From a virus (taxonomy: Duplodnaviria; Caudoviricetes), in IMG/VR virus record IMGVR_UViG_3300031992_000019: DNA of 64,000 bases, one strand, 5' to 3'. The notes below the pieces were generated by a model. It was not told the origin of the DNA, searched no databases, and saw only the letters and a list, made by a program, of their open reading frames with translations. The stretch's first letter is position 1. Each line of letters begins with the position of its first letter. The position numbers were made by a program, and so were the translations under genes. Positions 1 to 9,309 of this stretch are shown here, piece after piece.

Positions 1-675
1 GGGTTATAAAGCAGCCGTACTTTCGTATGGTTGGATAGATATGGGAAGTGGTGTTCCCATCGGTGGTTGAATTGAGTACATTGGCGGCATCTGAATCGCC
101 CTACGAACATTTAACTCGGTTAGCCACTCTACAAGTTGGAGAAGTTCCTCCTTATATTGTGGGTTTTGGTCGGGAAAAGCCGCTTCTGCAACAAGTCTTT
201 CTATTTCGGCATCTATGGTTATCTTGTCTATCATAGCCGTAATTTTTTATTCGCGTTATTTAATACGGGTTATAGTTGTATTGTTAATTATACTATTTCT
301 CTAAAATATCGGTCACTTCTTCCGCTTGCGTCCTCACAGGGCATAGGGTCGTTAATTCCAACTTTTTCACAGATTTTCTGCAATGCGCAATAATCGCAAG
401 CGTCTGCACCATGCTTATCTGTGGCGAATTCAACCCTCTTCCCAAAGATTTCAATTTCGTTTGCCATAGTCGTATTGTTTATACTCGTTTTACATTGTTA
501 TCCTTAATCCATTTTTCAAGGGATTCATTTGTTCTCTTTCTGCTTTTGTAATCTGGACAATAACTATACGGCTCTGTGGATTTCATAAGCATATAGCAAT
601 ATCCGTCAAAATGCTGCCAAAAGCACCTTGTGCAATATCCGTGATTTGCCATAGCTTGCTGCTTTAGGGTGCTAA

Positions 676-867
676 TTATGTTACTATTTCAAAATGTCCA
701 TCACACAAGTCTTCATCAATGATTTCTGGAATTGCGCAAAGTCTCACAAATGCCAACCGTTCATTGGAACACACGTTCTTGAGGGAACAGTTATTACAAG
801 AAGATGCCGCAGTATCTGGCACTAACTTGTGTCTCGTTTCTTCAAATATTATTTCAAAGTTCTTCAT
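676..867 (-). CDS. small Cys-rich hypothetical protein (CxxC)
   Basis: 63-aa ORF in a run of co-directional short genes. Confidence 0.55.
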   Translation of the reverse strand: MKNFEIIFEETRHKLVPDTAASSCNNCSLKNVCSNERLAFVRLCAIPEIIDEDLCDGHFEIVT

Positions 868-892
868 AGGGGTCTAATTATTGGTAGAAATG

Positions 893-1183
893 TTACAGGT
901 TGTCGAAGTTCGACACAACGTAGTTCAAGAGGATTTTTGCTTCCTCTTTTGACTTGGCATCCCATTCTATCTTGACTTCACCTTTATATTCCTCAATTGA
1001 AATCTTTTGAGTGTGAGAACGTACATATTCGTTTGTCTCAAATTGTTTATCAATCTGGTCAATAGGAGATGTTGTGTGTGACCCATCGTGTCCTGTGAAG
1101 ATGTAGTCGGTATTTGTTATGCCAGTTATCCACATCGTCTGCTTGCCATCAGTGATAAGGTCGTTTACTTTGAATCTTGCCAT
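893..1183 (-). CDS. hypothetical protein, MARFKVNDLIT N-terminal family
   Basis: N-terminus shared with 24791..25144 and 14430..14792. Confidence 0.75.
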   Translation of the reverse strand: MARFKVNDLITDGKQTMWITGITNTDYIFTGHDGSHTTSPIDQIDKQFETNEYVRSHTQKISIEEYKGEVKIEWDAKSKEEAKILLNYVVSNFDNL

Positions 1184-1188
1184 AGTTG

Positions 1189-1569
1189 TTATTCTTCGAT
1201 TAAGTTCTTAAACTCGCCTTGATATGCACTTATCTGCGTGTTGAGAAGTCCTATCGCCTTGTCAAGCGTATCAAAACGCTTTCTATCGACTTGCACTACA
1301 TGGGTGTAGGCATCGTTGCGAAAGCTGTTAGGATTCATATAGAAGTCTGTGCGTGCAAAACCACGATTCCGAATAATCACCTTTTTAACGCCATACACTA
1401 TTTCGCCACCAATGCCTTTTTTCTGCCCAATAAAAAGCCACATAGAGGACAAGTTGTGGTCTCGGTCAAATGCTGCGTAGCACTCACCTGCCTGCATATC
1501 TAACTTTTTGAGCATCTTTTCGTAATAGTCCAGCGGCTCATATCTTTTAAGTTTTATTTGTTTTGCCAT
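1189..1569 (-). CDS. hypothetical protein
   Basis: 126-aa ORF with AT-rich leader, in operon. Confidence 0.65.
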   Translation of the reverse strand: MAKQIKLKRYEPLDYYEKMLKKLDMQAGECYAAFDRDHNLSSMWLFIGQKKGIGGEIVYGVKKVIIRNRGFARTDFYMNPNSFRNDAYTHVVQVDRKRFDTLDKAIGLLNTQISAYQGEFKNLIEE

Positions 1570-2027
1570 AGTTTTTCATGTTTTGCACCCTTACCTATTT
1601 AGGGTGCATAACCTTTATATATCCATATAATATCACCGATTTTCCCAAAAAAACCCAAGTCTTGGTCAACGCGGAACTTCTTTTTTGACAATTTATCTAA
1701 TGTTACTTTTGTTTTATTATCTTTTGCCATAATTGTAAGTTTTAGTATATCATCTTTAGGGTGCTTTGTTATACATTGTTAATCATCTCAAATATCTTCT
1801 CTAAAAGTCTTGTATCGACACGTCGAGAATCTTGTTCAAGTTTCCGAGTGATTTTTTCAATCAACACTTTGCGGTGGAAATCGCTTGGCATAGGTGTACT
1901 AAATGGTTTATACTTGTTTCTTTACTCTTCCGCGCTTTTGAGAATGTCGTCAATCGGTATCATTCTTCAAAAATAGCACCCAAGATATAGATGCCGAACA
2001 TAATACCAAATGGAATTGCCATATAAA

Positions 2028-2480
2028 TCATGCCGCGTAGTAGTTTTTGAGTTGTTTTCTCGCTTGATGGATATATGTCGGCACGTTAGCCATACTTATG
2101 CCCATATTTTCCGAAATCTCTTTGTAGGAGTACCCCTCGGCATACTTCAAGAGGGCAGTTCTATACTTGTCCTTCACCGAATCCAGAGCCTTCGGAAGGT
2201 CTTGTAGCCTTTCGTCCACGCAATACCCGTTCTCTTCGGGAATGTCATCGCTCGTCTTGGACTGGTAGCGCATCTCGTCAAGGAAGGCATTTTTAAGGAT
2301 AGTGAATATCCACGCCTGCCACTCACCGCCCCGATAGAGGGAGAACTTCTCGAGTGCCTTGAGGCAAGCCTCTTGCACCATATCCTTTGCCAAATCCTCG
2401 TTGCAAGCCAAGGAGAGAGCCTGCTTGAACATCCAGCCTTGATTCTTGACCAAAGCCAGACCCATCTCTTCGCGCGTCAT
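2028..2480 (-). CDS. ECF-type RNA polymerase sigma-70 factor
   Basis: AKDMVQEACLKA (region 2), WIFTILKNAFLD, GYSYKEISENMGIS...V..YIHQARKQL (region 4 HTH). Confidence 0.9.
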   Translation of the reverse strand: MTREEMGLALVKNQGWMFKQALSLACNEDLAKDMVQEACLKALEKFSLYRGGEWQAWIFTILKNAFLDEMRYQSKTSDDIPEENGYCVDERLQDLPKALDSVKDKYRTALLKYAEGYSYKEISENMGISMANVPTYIHQARKQLKNYYAA

Positions 2481-2839
2481 TTTCTTTCTGCGTTTTCAGC
2501 CTTGAAAGCCGTTACCACCAAGGCGACAGCCGCGTTAAGGCAGCACACCCAAATTACACACTCATAGTCACACGAAAGGCTAATCTTCGCCACAACCAGC
2601 GAGACTGCAAGCCAAATCCAAGTCTTCTTCATATTCAGCAAGGGATTTCAGATAGAGATTATAAGCTTCTTGTTCACTCACATTATACTTACGGCAGAAC
2701 TCTCTTCGCCCCAACCGCTCGTAATCGTCCGCAAAGTTACGATATCCATCCAACATAAGCAATAAAATTACGATTTTTAATACAATTTTTAACACTTTTT
2801 AAGCAAATATATATCGGGTAGTACAATTTCTGCCCGATA

Positions 2840-3103
2840 TTATGCCACGTTGGACACGATATCCACCTCGCCATCTTCGTCATAGGCGGTGAGGGTGACG
2901 TTCACCTCTCTGCGTGTCTCTACGTAAGCACCAGTGCCGTTGAAGTAATCGTCCTCGCGGTAGCCATCGGACTCAATATAGCCGCTAACAACCACAAATA
3001 GGTTGCCGAAGTCGAACTCTTTGTCGAACCCGCCATTGGGGGCATTGTCGATATATCTCTGAATCTCGGCATTCTGCTCTGGGGTGAGGGTGTACTCTTT
3101 CAT
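2840..3103 (-). CDS. hypothetical acidic protein with its own promoter and leader
   Basis: 87-aa ORF downstream of a TATCTTTG promoter. Confidence 0.65.
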   Translation of the reverse strand: MKEYTLTPEQNAEIQRYIDNAPNGGFDKEFDFGNLFVVVSGYIESDGYREDDYFNGTGAYVETRREVNVTLTAYDEDGEVDIVSNVA

Positions 3104-3165
3104 ATCAAGAGAGTTTACACGGGTGCGTTGCCCGCCCGACTAACGAACCATTTCGTTTTGCACTG

Positions 3166-3173
3166 CAAAGATA
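3166..3173 (-). promoter_or_regulatory. Bacteroidetes -7 promoter element TATCTTTG
   Basis: Matches TAnnTTTG. The same motif occurs on minus at 10069, 28988, 34676, 36798, 40646, 41725, 44957, 49399 and 57407, and on plus at 10174 and 49511, all upstream of gene runs. Confidence 0.75.
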
Positions 3174-3280
3174 CGACATTTATATCATATATGCAAGATT
3201 TTATCCAATAAATTCGTATTGTTTAACATTTATTAACGTAATATATCGTATTATATGATGTGGTAAACATATTTTAACAG

Positions 3281-3310
3281 AAATAGCATCCCACAATGTG
3301 AGATGCTACC
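3281..3310 (-). terminator. probable intrinsic terminator
   Basis: hairpin tagcatcccaca-a-tgtgagatgcta downstream of the 3376..3627 ORF. Confidence 0.5.
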
Positions 3311-3375
3311 TATTTAACCCATCCAGTTTTTCTCGGTCGGGCAATTCGACATTAACTACAATGTTAGTTATGAAC

Positions 3376-3627
3376 TCATAGAGACTCCATCTTGAGGAAC
3401 ACTTCGCGGCTGTCCATCTTGTAGAACACCCTCGAAACGACTTTATAGAGCCTATCGGGATGTAGCTCGCCAGTCACCACCATATAACCACTCTTGACTC
3501 TAAAATCAATGTCATCCTGCGAAGGTGACTCACAGCAATCGCCCACTGATGGCAATACCGCGTTATGAACGTCGAAATTCGGAATCTCAATAAATGTCTT
3601 CTTGTCAATACTAATTGCTACTCTCAT
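3376..3627 (-). CDS. hypothetical protein
   Basis: 83-aa ORF in operon. Confidence 0.6.
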   Translation of the reverse strand: MRVAISIDKKTFIEIPNFDVHNAVLPSVGDCCESPSQDDIDFRVKSGYMVVTGELHPDRLYKVVSRVFYKMDSREVFLKMESL

Positions 3628-3676
3628 AATGTCTTTTTTATTATAACGGATTAGTCGGCAAAATGTTTATAAAACC

Positions 3677-4000
3677 TCATAGTCCTAACATATATTCAAA
3701 GTTTAACCTCTCGTCTATATCTCCGTATTTCTTCTTGTAGTCCTCGAGCCTCAACCTATAAGCCTTGTAGAAGCCATACAATGCGTTGTAGTCGCTCCTC
3801 TGCGTTTCGGAGGTTGGATGTACCGCCAAGACACCTTTCGTGTGCTCACGGGCATATTCCTTCTGGCACTCCCGACAATATGACTGCCTCTTGAAGAGGG
3901 TGGTGTCGGTGTGGAGGTTGAACTCGCTTATCGGTTTCTCCCTCTTGCATCTTGCGCACCTCTTGGTGTAGGGAGGCGAACTATCAAGAACCAAGTCCAT
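3677..4000 (-). CDS. zinc-ribbon protein (CxxC...CxxC, endonuclease VII-like N-terminus)
   Basis: KRCARCKREKPISEF...YCRECQKEY. Confidence 0.65.
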   Translation of the reverse strand: MDLVLDSSPPYTKRCARCKREKPISEFNLHTDTTLFKRQSYCRECQKEYAREHTKGVLAVHPTSETQRSDYNALYGFYKAYRLRLEDYKKKYGDIDERLNFEYMLGL

Positions 4001-4001
4001 A

Positions 4002-4577
4002 CTAATACTTTTTAACGTGGTACTTCCAGTCAGTCCTTATTCGGTTGTAGCGCATCTTCCTCTTGCACGCCTTGTAGAGGTCGATATTCAGTTTCTCTGC
4101 CCACTTGTTCACATAGGCTATTCCGTCACACGCGGCTATCAGGGCGTTCTCTTGCGATAGAATCCTAACAAGTTTCATCGCGTTCTCCGTGAAGGTGTTC
4201 TCGTCTGGCACTGGCAGATACCGATAGCCTACATCATACGGGATTAGCTTGTCAATTTCCTTCATATAGTAGAATGATAGCAACCTCAACATCGTGTCTG
4301 CCAGCTCGTCTTGAACAGTGTCCTTGCAGTAGTATTCAAAGGACTCCTTGAAAAGTAGGTCGGAATCCATCTCGTCCACCTCCGTCCTCAATATATCCCA
4401 ACTCACGCTCTGGCTGACGGTCACGTTCCCTTTCCTGTCGGCTTGGATAGCCTCGCACACCTCACCGATGATGAGCATAAGATAATGCGAGTTGGAGAGT
4501 TCCTTGTCTATCCATCCCAACCTGACCATATCAGCGTAATGGTCTTTTCCGATTTCCGCGATTTGTTCTCTTGTCAT
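4002..4577 (-). CDS. MazG-like NTP pyrophosphohydrolase family protein
   Basis: LIIGEVCEAIQADRK, QDELADTMLRL, KMRYNRIR. Confidence 0.75.
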   Translation of the reverse strand: MTREQIAEIGKDHYADMVRLGWIDKELSNSHYLMLIIGEVCEAIQADRKGNVTVSQSVSWDILRTEVDEMDSDLLFKESFEYYCKDTVQDELADTMLRLLSFYYMKEIDKLIPYDVGYRYLPVPDENTFTENAMKLVRILSQENALIAACDGIAYVNKWAEKLNIDLYKACKRKMRYNRIRTDWKYHVKKY

Positions 4578-4628
4578 AATTTGCAGTCCATTGATAACCG
4601 AATATCTTCCTTAAAAACTCCAAGATTT

Positions 4629-5408
4629 TCATACCGACACCTCTCCTTTTATTGCAGGGTGACACTTGTACCCAGTCAGATGAAAGTCCTCATAGACGAA
4701 CTCGTCGATGTTGTCCCTCTTGTTGAGCGTCATCCTCGGAAGTTCAAACGGAGTCCTTTCGAGCTGCGTCTTGACTTGCTCGATGTGGTTGAGGTAGATA
4801 TGGGCATCCCCAATGCTTATAATCAAGTCCTTCGCCCTCTTGTCGGTGACGGAGGCTACCATCATCAGCAGGCACGCATACTGCGCGATGTTGAACGGAC
4901 ACCCCAGAAAGAGGTCATTCGACCTGATGTAGAGTGAAAGACTCAACTCATTCCCATCAACGTAGAACTGGTAGAAGCAATGGCAAGGAGGTAGTGCCAT
5001 ATTCTCCAAGTCCTCGACATTCCAAGAGGAGACGATTATCCTCCGTGAGAACGGGTTGTGCTTGATTTGGTCTATCGCGGTCTTTAACTGGTCATTCCCC
5101 CAATATCGCCACTGATAGCCGTATATTGGTCCCATCTCCCTCGTCTGCGGGTCGCCCCACTCCTTCCAGATGTTCACGTTCTTATCCTCGAGAACCCTCG
5201 CGTTGGTAGAGCCGCTCACAAACCAGAGCATCTCCTCTATGAATCCCCTTGTAAAGACTTTCTTCGTTGTCACGATAGGGAAGTTCTCGCTCACGTTCTC
5301 GAAGCGCATCTGCCGCCCGAAAACACTTAATGTTCCAGTCCCCGTGCGGTCTTCCCTTACTTTGCCGTGTTCGAGGACATCCCTTAATAGGTCAAGATAT
5401 TGCTTCAT
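4629..5408 (-). CDS. thyA: thymidylate synthase
   Basis: DRTGTGT, MALPPCH catalytic motif, RSNDLFLGCPFN, GDAHIYLNH. Confidence 0.98.
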   Translation of the reverse strand: MKQYLDLLRDVLEHGKVREDRTGTGTLSVFGRQMRFENVSENFPIVTTKKVFTRGFIEEMLWFVSGSTNARVLEDKNVNIWKEWGDPQTREMGPIYGYQWRYWGNDQLKTAIDQIKHNPFSRRIIVSSWNVEDLENMALPPCHCFYQFYVDGNELSLSLYIRSNDLFLGCPFNIAQYACLLMMVASVTDKRAKDLIISIGDAHIYLNHIEQVKTQLERTPFELPRMTLNKRDNIDEFVYEDFHLTGYKCHPAIKGEVSV

Positions 5409-5580
5409 CGCTTTTTTTCTAATTGTTCGAGTATTTCACTTCTCGTTCTCGCCTTGATGGTAGTGCGTGGAAGTGGTGCGCAGATGGATTCCCACCAGTT
5501 CTCATACATACGCTTGGGTCTTGCGTGGTAGTCCTTCTTTGCTCTATGTCCGCTAACCATCTTTACAAGTCCGTATTGTC

Positions 5581-5850
5581 TCATACACTTAAATGTTTGT
5601 CGCTTGGTATCTTGTGCCAGTGTGTCACTTTGCACATCTTGTTTATGAACTCCCTATCGTCCATCTCCTTTGTGTGCCAAGTGCCAGTTGTGTGACCATA
5701 TTCGGCAACTTCGGGGATATACCGATAAGTCATCCCCTCCTCGTAGAAGGAGATTAGCACCCAGTCCCAATACTTCGGGTTCGGAAGGTACTTGTCACAC
5801 GGAATCCAGAATCCCAAGCGTGCCAAGATTTCCCAAAATAATGTTTTCAT
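5581..5850 (-). CDS. hypothetical protein (DUF551-like ...VTHW ending)
   Basis: ORF in operon; the start is probably MKTLFW. Confidence 0.55.
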   Translation of the reverse strand: MKTLFWEILARLGFWIPCDKYLPNPKYWDWVLISFYEEGMTYRYIPEVAEYGHTTGTWHTKEMDDREFINKMCKVTHWHKIPSDKHLSV

Positions 5851-6260
5851 TGCTCGAAGAACGGACACCCAGTAGGGCATCCAGAAATGTTTTTGTTGCT
5901 TTCCTCCCCATCAAACGGGGTCTCCTTGTGTTTGCAGCTTCCGAAATGATTTGACTGCTCCTCGAATAACTTGCACTTGAAGCATTCCACGTTGGACGTG
6001 TCTATGCTCGGTCGGAAGAACCTCTTGTTCGCCAAGGTCAGTATTTTGTCCAGTGTCTCGTCATTGAGCATATCAAGGAGTTCCTCCAAGGAGTCGGTGG
6101 CGCAGAGATATGCCGCAAGCGGTTCGAGGAAATAAGGCGAACAGCCGTCTTGCAGCGCGGAAACGCTTTCATTATCTTCGATGATGGCGAAGATTGTCAC
6201 ATCCTTGCGCCCCTTCATCAAGTCAAGAATCTTCTTCTGTATCTCTTCGTACTGTTTCAT
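5847..6260 (-). CDS. hypothetical protein with C-terminal Cys cluster
   Basis: C-terminus paralogous to 6223..6669 (CxxC..F...HFG.C..H...FDGEE.N...GCPF). Confidence 0.7.
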   Translation of the reverse strand: MKQYEEIQKKILDLMKGRKDVTIFAIIEDNESVSALQDGCSPYFLEPLAAYLCATDSLEELLDMLNDETLDKILTLANKRFFRPSIDTSNVECFKCKLFEEQSNHFGSCKHKETPFDGEESNKNISGCPTGCPFFEQ

Positions 6261-6669
6261 AAAACGGACAACCTTCCTTGATTTTCGTTACCTTTGAGTT
6301 TGCCTCCTCGCCATCGAAATATGCCTTGTGGTGCTGGCAGATTCCGAAATGGCTCGCCTTTTCCTCAAACTTCCGACACATTATGCAAGGCTTGTCCCCG
6401 TGTGTCGGGTTGAGGTTCTTGAGCATCATCCTCTTCGTGTCCTCGGAGAGCATGGCATACACCGCCTTGAAGATGTCCTCGCCAGCATCGGAGTTGAAGA
6501 GCGCGGCTACTGGCCCCATCGTGTTCGTCAGTCCACCCGTCTGCACAATGCCAATCTGGTGCGATTCGATGTCGAAGATAAGGGAGAGGGTAGCCACGTC
6601 CTTATGGCTTACCCCTATTCCCTTTATCGCTTTCTCCAAGGCTGCGGCAATGTTCTCTATTCTGGCCAT
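6223..6669 (-). CDS. hypothetical protein with C-terminal Cys cluster
   Basis: paralogue of 5847..6260. Confidence 0.7.
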   Translation of the reverse strand: MARIENIAAALEKAIKGIGVSHKDVATLSLIFDIESHQIGIVQTGGLTNTMGPVAALFNSDAGEDIFKAVYAMLSEDTKRMMLKNLNPTHGDKPCIMCRKFEEKASHFGICQHHKAYFDGEEANSKVTKIKEGCPFYETVRRDTEEDS

Positions 6670-6939
6670 TCCAAGAGCGTCACAAAGTTGTTTGACTTGT
6701 TCCTAAACTCCCTCGGAGGAAGGACAAATGCCATCTTGACATTGTTCGGGATGAACATACCCCTGACCTCGTTAATCTGGTGCAGTCCCAGGGGTGTCTT
6801 GCTCTTCATTGAGAGCCGCCACCTTTCATTGTGCGTGACAATCACCGAAACACTCCCTTTCGCGAAAACACCCGTCATATAGCACCCGTACTCATCCTCC
6901 TCGGAGTATTCCTCGATGTGGTAGGGTTCTTGGGGCAGC

Positions 6940-7368
6940 TTAATCTTCAGCAGTTGTTCCCTCGTCATAGACTTCAAGGATGTTGGATTCACCGATGGAG
7001 AGAATCTTCCAGTCTGACATCGTATCGCGCATATTCTCCTTGAGGCTCTTCACCGCCCCGTCAAAGTCCTCTGCCTGTACCAGCATCGTGCTTGTGGAGG
7101 TCTTCTCCACGCCAGACTTCTCGTCCAAGGTGATGAAGCCGACCTTTGCGCAGTAGAAGATACCCTCACCTCGGAATATCTCCGCTACGGGGTTCTTCTT
7201 CACGGCATCGACCTCGAACTCTCCGCTGATGACTTCGGTCATCTCCTTCGTGATACGCGCCTCGGCTTCGGTGAAACTCTCTGCCTTGACAAGATAGGAC
7301 TCGCTAACTTTCTTTTGAGTGCCAGTTTCAAGCACTTTGTCATACTTGACCTTTGTTTCGATATACAT
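6940..7368 (-). CDS. DUF4494-like protein
   Basis: KKVSESYLVKAESFTEAEARI...GFITLDEKSGVEK, typical of this Bacteroidetes family. Confidence 0.85.
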   Translation of the reverse strand: MYIETKVKYDKVLETGTQKKVSESYLVKAESFTEAEARITKEMTEVISGEFEVDAVKKNPVAEIFRGEGIFYCAKVGFITLDEKSGVEKTSTSTMLVQAEDFDGAVKSLKENMRDTMSDWKILSIGESNILEVYDEGTTAED

Positions 7369-7369
7369 A

Positions 7370-8086
7370 CTAACAGAAACTTAAATATTGTTTGATGATT
7401 GGATATTTGATTTCCTTGATTCTCTCGAAGTCGCAGTTATAGGTCTTGTTCACGAAACCAACCACATCCTCGGAGGGTATTCGCGTATCATAGTTGACAC
7501 TTCTCGCGAACAACTCGTAGTGTGGGATGTTCCTATAATCCTTTGTCGTCAGGGTCTTGTTTCTTTCCCTATCCTCCGCAACCTCCTTCTCCCTCTTCTC
7601 CAGAAGGGCGAGGTCTATTGATTGTGTTGGGAAATACTCCTCCCGATTCTTCAACTTGGTAAGTGAGAGGTGATATTTCTCACCAAAGATGTTCGCGAAG
7701 TCCATCTCTATGCCGCCATACGTGATATGCTCGTCCTCGTCATTCTCATCCTTTCCTCCAAGGGTGCAGAACACTACAAGGTCGCCCCTCTCGAATGATG
7801 AAACCAGAGATTTAATCCTCTTGTCGAGGCAGTTTCTCGCATAGACGTATTGGTCGAAGGTAAGGCAGCTATCCTTGGCATCCAAGTGGTCTTTGTCCTT
7901 CTTCACGCTACCCGTAAGGTAGATGTCCCCAAGATACCTATCCTTGACCTTGAAGAGTTCGGACTTTTCGGGTATCGTCATATACCTTGTGAGGTTCTCC
8001 GACTTGTAGCATCGTCCGAAGACATATAGCCAGAAGTCATCCTTGCACATCCTTTCAAACTCCGTGTTGTCTAAATATACCTTCAT
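7370..8086 (-). CDS. hypothetical protein
   Basis: 238-aa ORF. Confidence 0.75.
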   Translation of the reverse strand: MKVYLDNTEFERMCKDDFWLYVFGRCYKSENLTRYMTIPEKSELFKVKDRYLGDIYLTGSVKKDKDHLDAKDSCLTFDQYVYARNCLDKRIKSLVSSFERGDLVVFCTLGGKDENDEDEHITYGGIEMDFANIFGEKYHLSLTKLKNREEYFPTQSIDLALLEKREKEVAEDRERNKTLTTKDYRNIPHYELFARSVNYDTRIPSEDVVGFVNKTYNCDFERIKEIKYPIIKQYLSFC

Positions 8087-8223
8087 AGCAGTGTTTTGTT
8101 TTTAATCCCTCTCGCGTGTACGCATGAAGTTTAATATAATATATTATTTTTATAACGGGTTATTCTCTTGCTCAACAACAACAACATTAGTTTTACGATG
8201 ACAGAAAAAACAAAGACAAAAAA

Positions 8224-9168
8224 TCAATGACCATACGCTCCCGTCAACTGGTTTAACCTCCGCTGCGCGCTCCAATTCGGGTTCATTGCCAATTCGTGTA
8301 TATAGGCATCGACCTTGCCCTGCTCAAATTCTTCTACAACCTTTTCCTCGGACTTGCCATTGCGACCTCTTGCGTTGTAGAGACAATAACGGAACAGACC
8401 CTTTTCGGAATCCGACAAAGAATACTCGTTGCAGTCGCGGGTAAAACCATTAACCCCAATGATGATGAGAGCCGACACCGCCATCTTGCCCACGTTACGC
8501 GCTTGCAAGACAAGTTTATGGGAAATGACCTTGACCCTTCCATCCTTCTTGAGCCTATTCAAGTACCTTATCAATGTCCTTTCGCTGATTCCCACCTTCT
8601 TTGCCAATACCTCTTGTGACAATGCTGGCTTGCACATCAAGCATGAGTTTTCTTTATAACCCCTTCGGGTATTCTCTTGCTCAACAACATTAGTTGACTT
8701 GTTACGTGCCTCGTTGTCGTATGAGTTGATGACATTCTCAATGAGGAGTTCGCGCAGAACGACCTCGACTGCCTTGAGGGATTTACCCTCTATGCTTTCT
8801 CTCTTTACCTCAATTCTAAATGCTCCGTAGATAGCCTCATTCTTCCTATTGTATTGCTTGACTCTGTAAAGCCTTTTAAGTGACGATATTCGGATGTATT
8901 TCCTGCCATTAACCTCATAGAGCTTGGCAAGCATCCTTCCGTTCGGAATCCTAATACCCTTTTCAAGTGCGGATATAAGCTCCTTGGACTTGTAGTGGTT
9001 CACTCCAAAGTCCTTTCTAAATTTAGCCTCATTCTCAAAGAAATACACACTGCTCTCGTGCATACCCTTTGTCATAATGGCAAAGGATGCAATAGACCAC
9101 TGGAGAGGGTCATTCTTCGCCCACTCCAGAAAGTCCTTCGGAACAAATATGGATTCTCTTTGGTACAT
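8224..9168 (-). CDS. HTH DNA-binding protein (possible replication or regulatory protein)
   Basis: LSQEVLAKKVGISERTLIRYLNRLKKDG HTH. Start moved to MYQRES because the track start lies inside the tRNA-like RNA. Confidence 0.75.
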   Translation of the reverse strand: MYQRESIFVPKDFLEWAKNDPLQWSIASFAIMTKGMHESSVYFFENEAKFRKDFGVNHYKSKELISALEKGIRIPNGRMLAKLYEVNGRKYIRISSLKRLYRVKQYNRKNEAIYGAFRIEVKRESIEGKSLKAVEVVLRELLIENVINSYDNEARNKSTNVVEQENTRRGYKENSCLMCKPALSQEVLAKKVGISERTLIRYLNRLKKDGRVKVISHKLVLQARNVGKMAVSALIIIGVNGFTRDCNEYSLSDSEKGLFRYCLYNARGRNGKSEEKVVEEFEQGKVDAYIHELAMNPNWSAQRRLNQLTGAYGH

Positions 9169-9180
9169 AATACTTGTTTT

Positions 9181-9309
9181 TGGTGAACGCAGGAGGACTC
9201 GAACCTCCAATCTTCGGAATTAGGGAAGGGGAATTTGGTCTAAAGAAAACTCATGCTTGATGAAGAGAAAATGCCTAACCCCGACACTCTACCATTGAGC
9301 TATACGTTC
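9181..9309 (-). ncRNA. tRNA-like RNA with greatly enlarged anticodon arm
   Basis: Acceptor stem GAACGTA/TGCGTTC+ACCA, D arm GCTC-AATGGTA-GAGT, T arm GGAGG-TTCGAGT-CCTCC. Anticodon stem extended (TCGGGGTTAGG/CCTAATTCCGA) around a ~47-nt loop. Confidence 0.8.

Noticed and set aside
9181-9309. Suppressor tRNA (CTA/TTA) and stop-codon reassignment
   Set aside because: No canonical 7-nt loop with U33 can be formed convincingly, and conserved genes (thyA, TerL, portal) are intact in the standard code.
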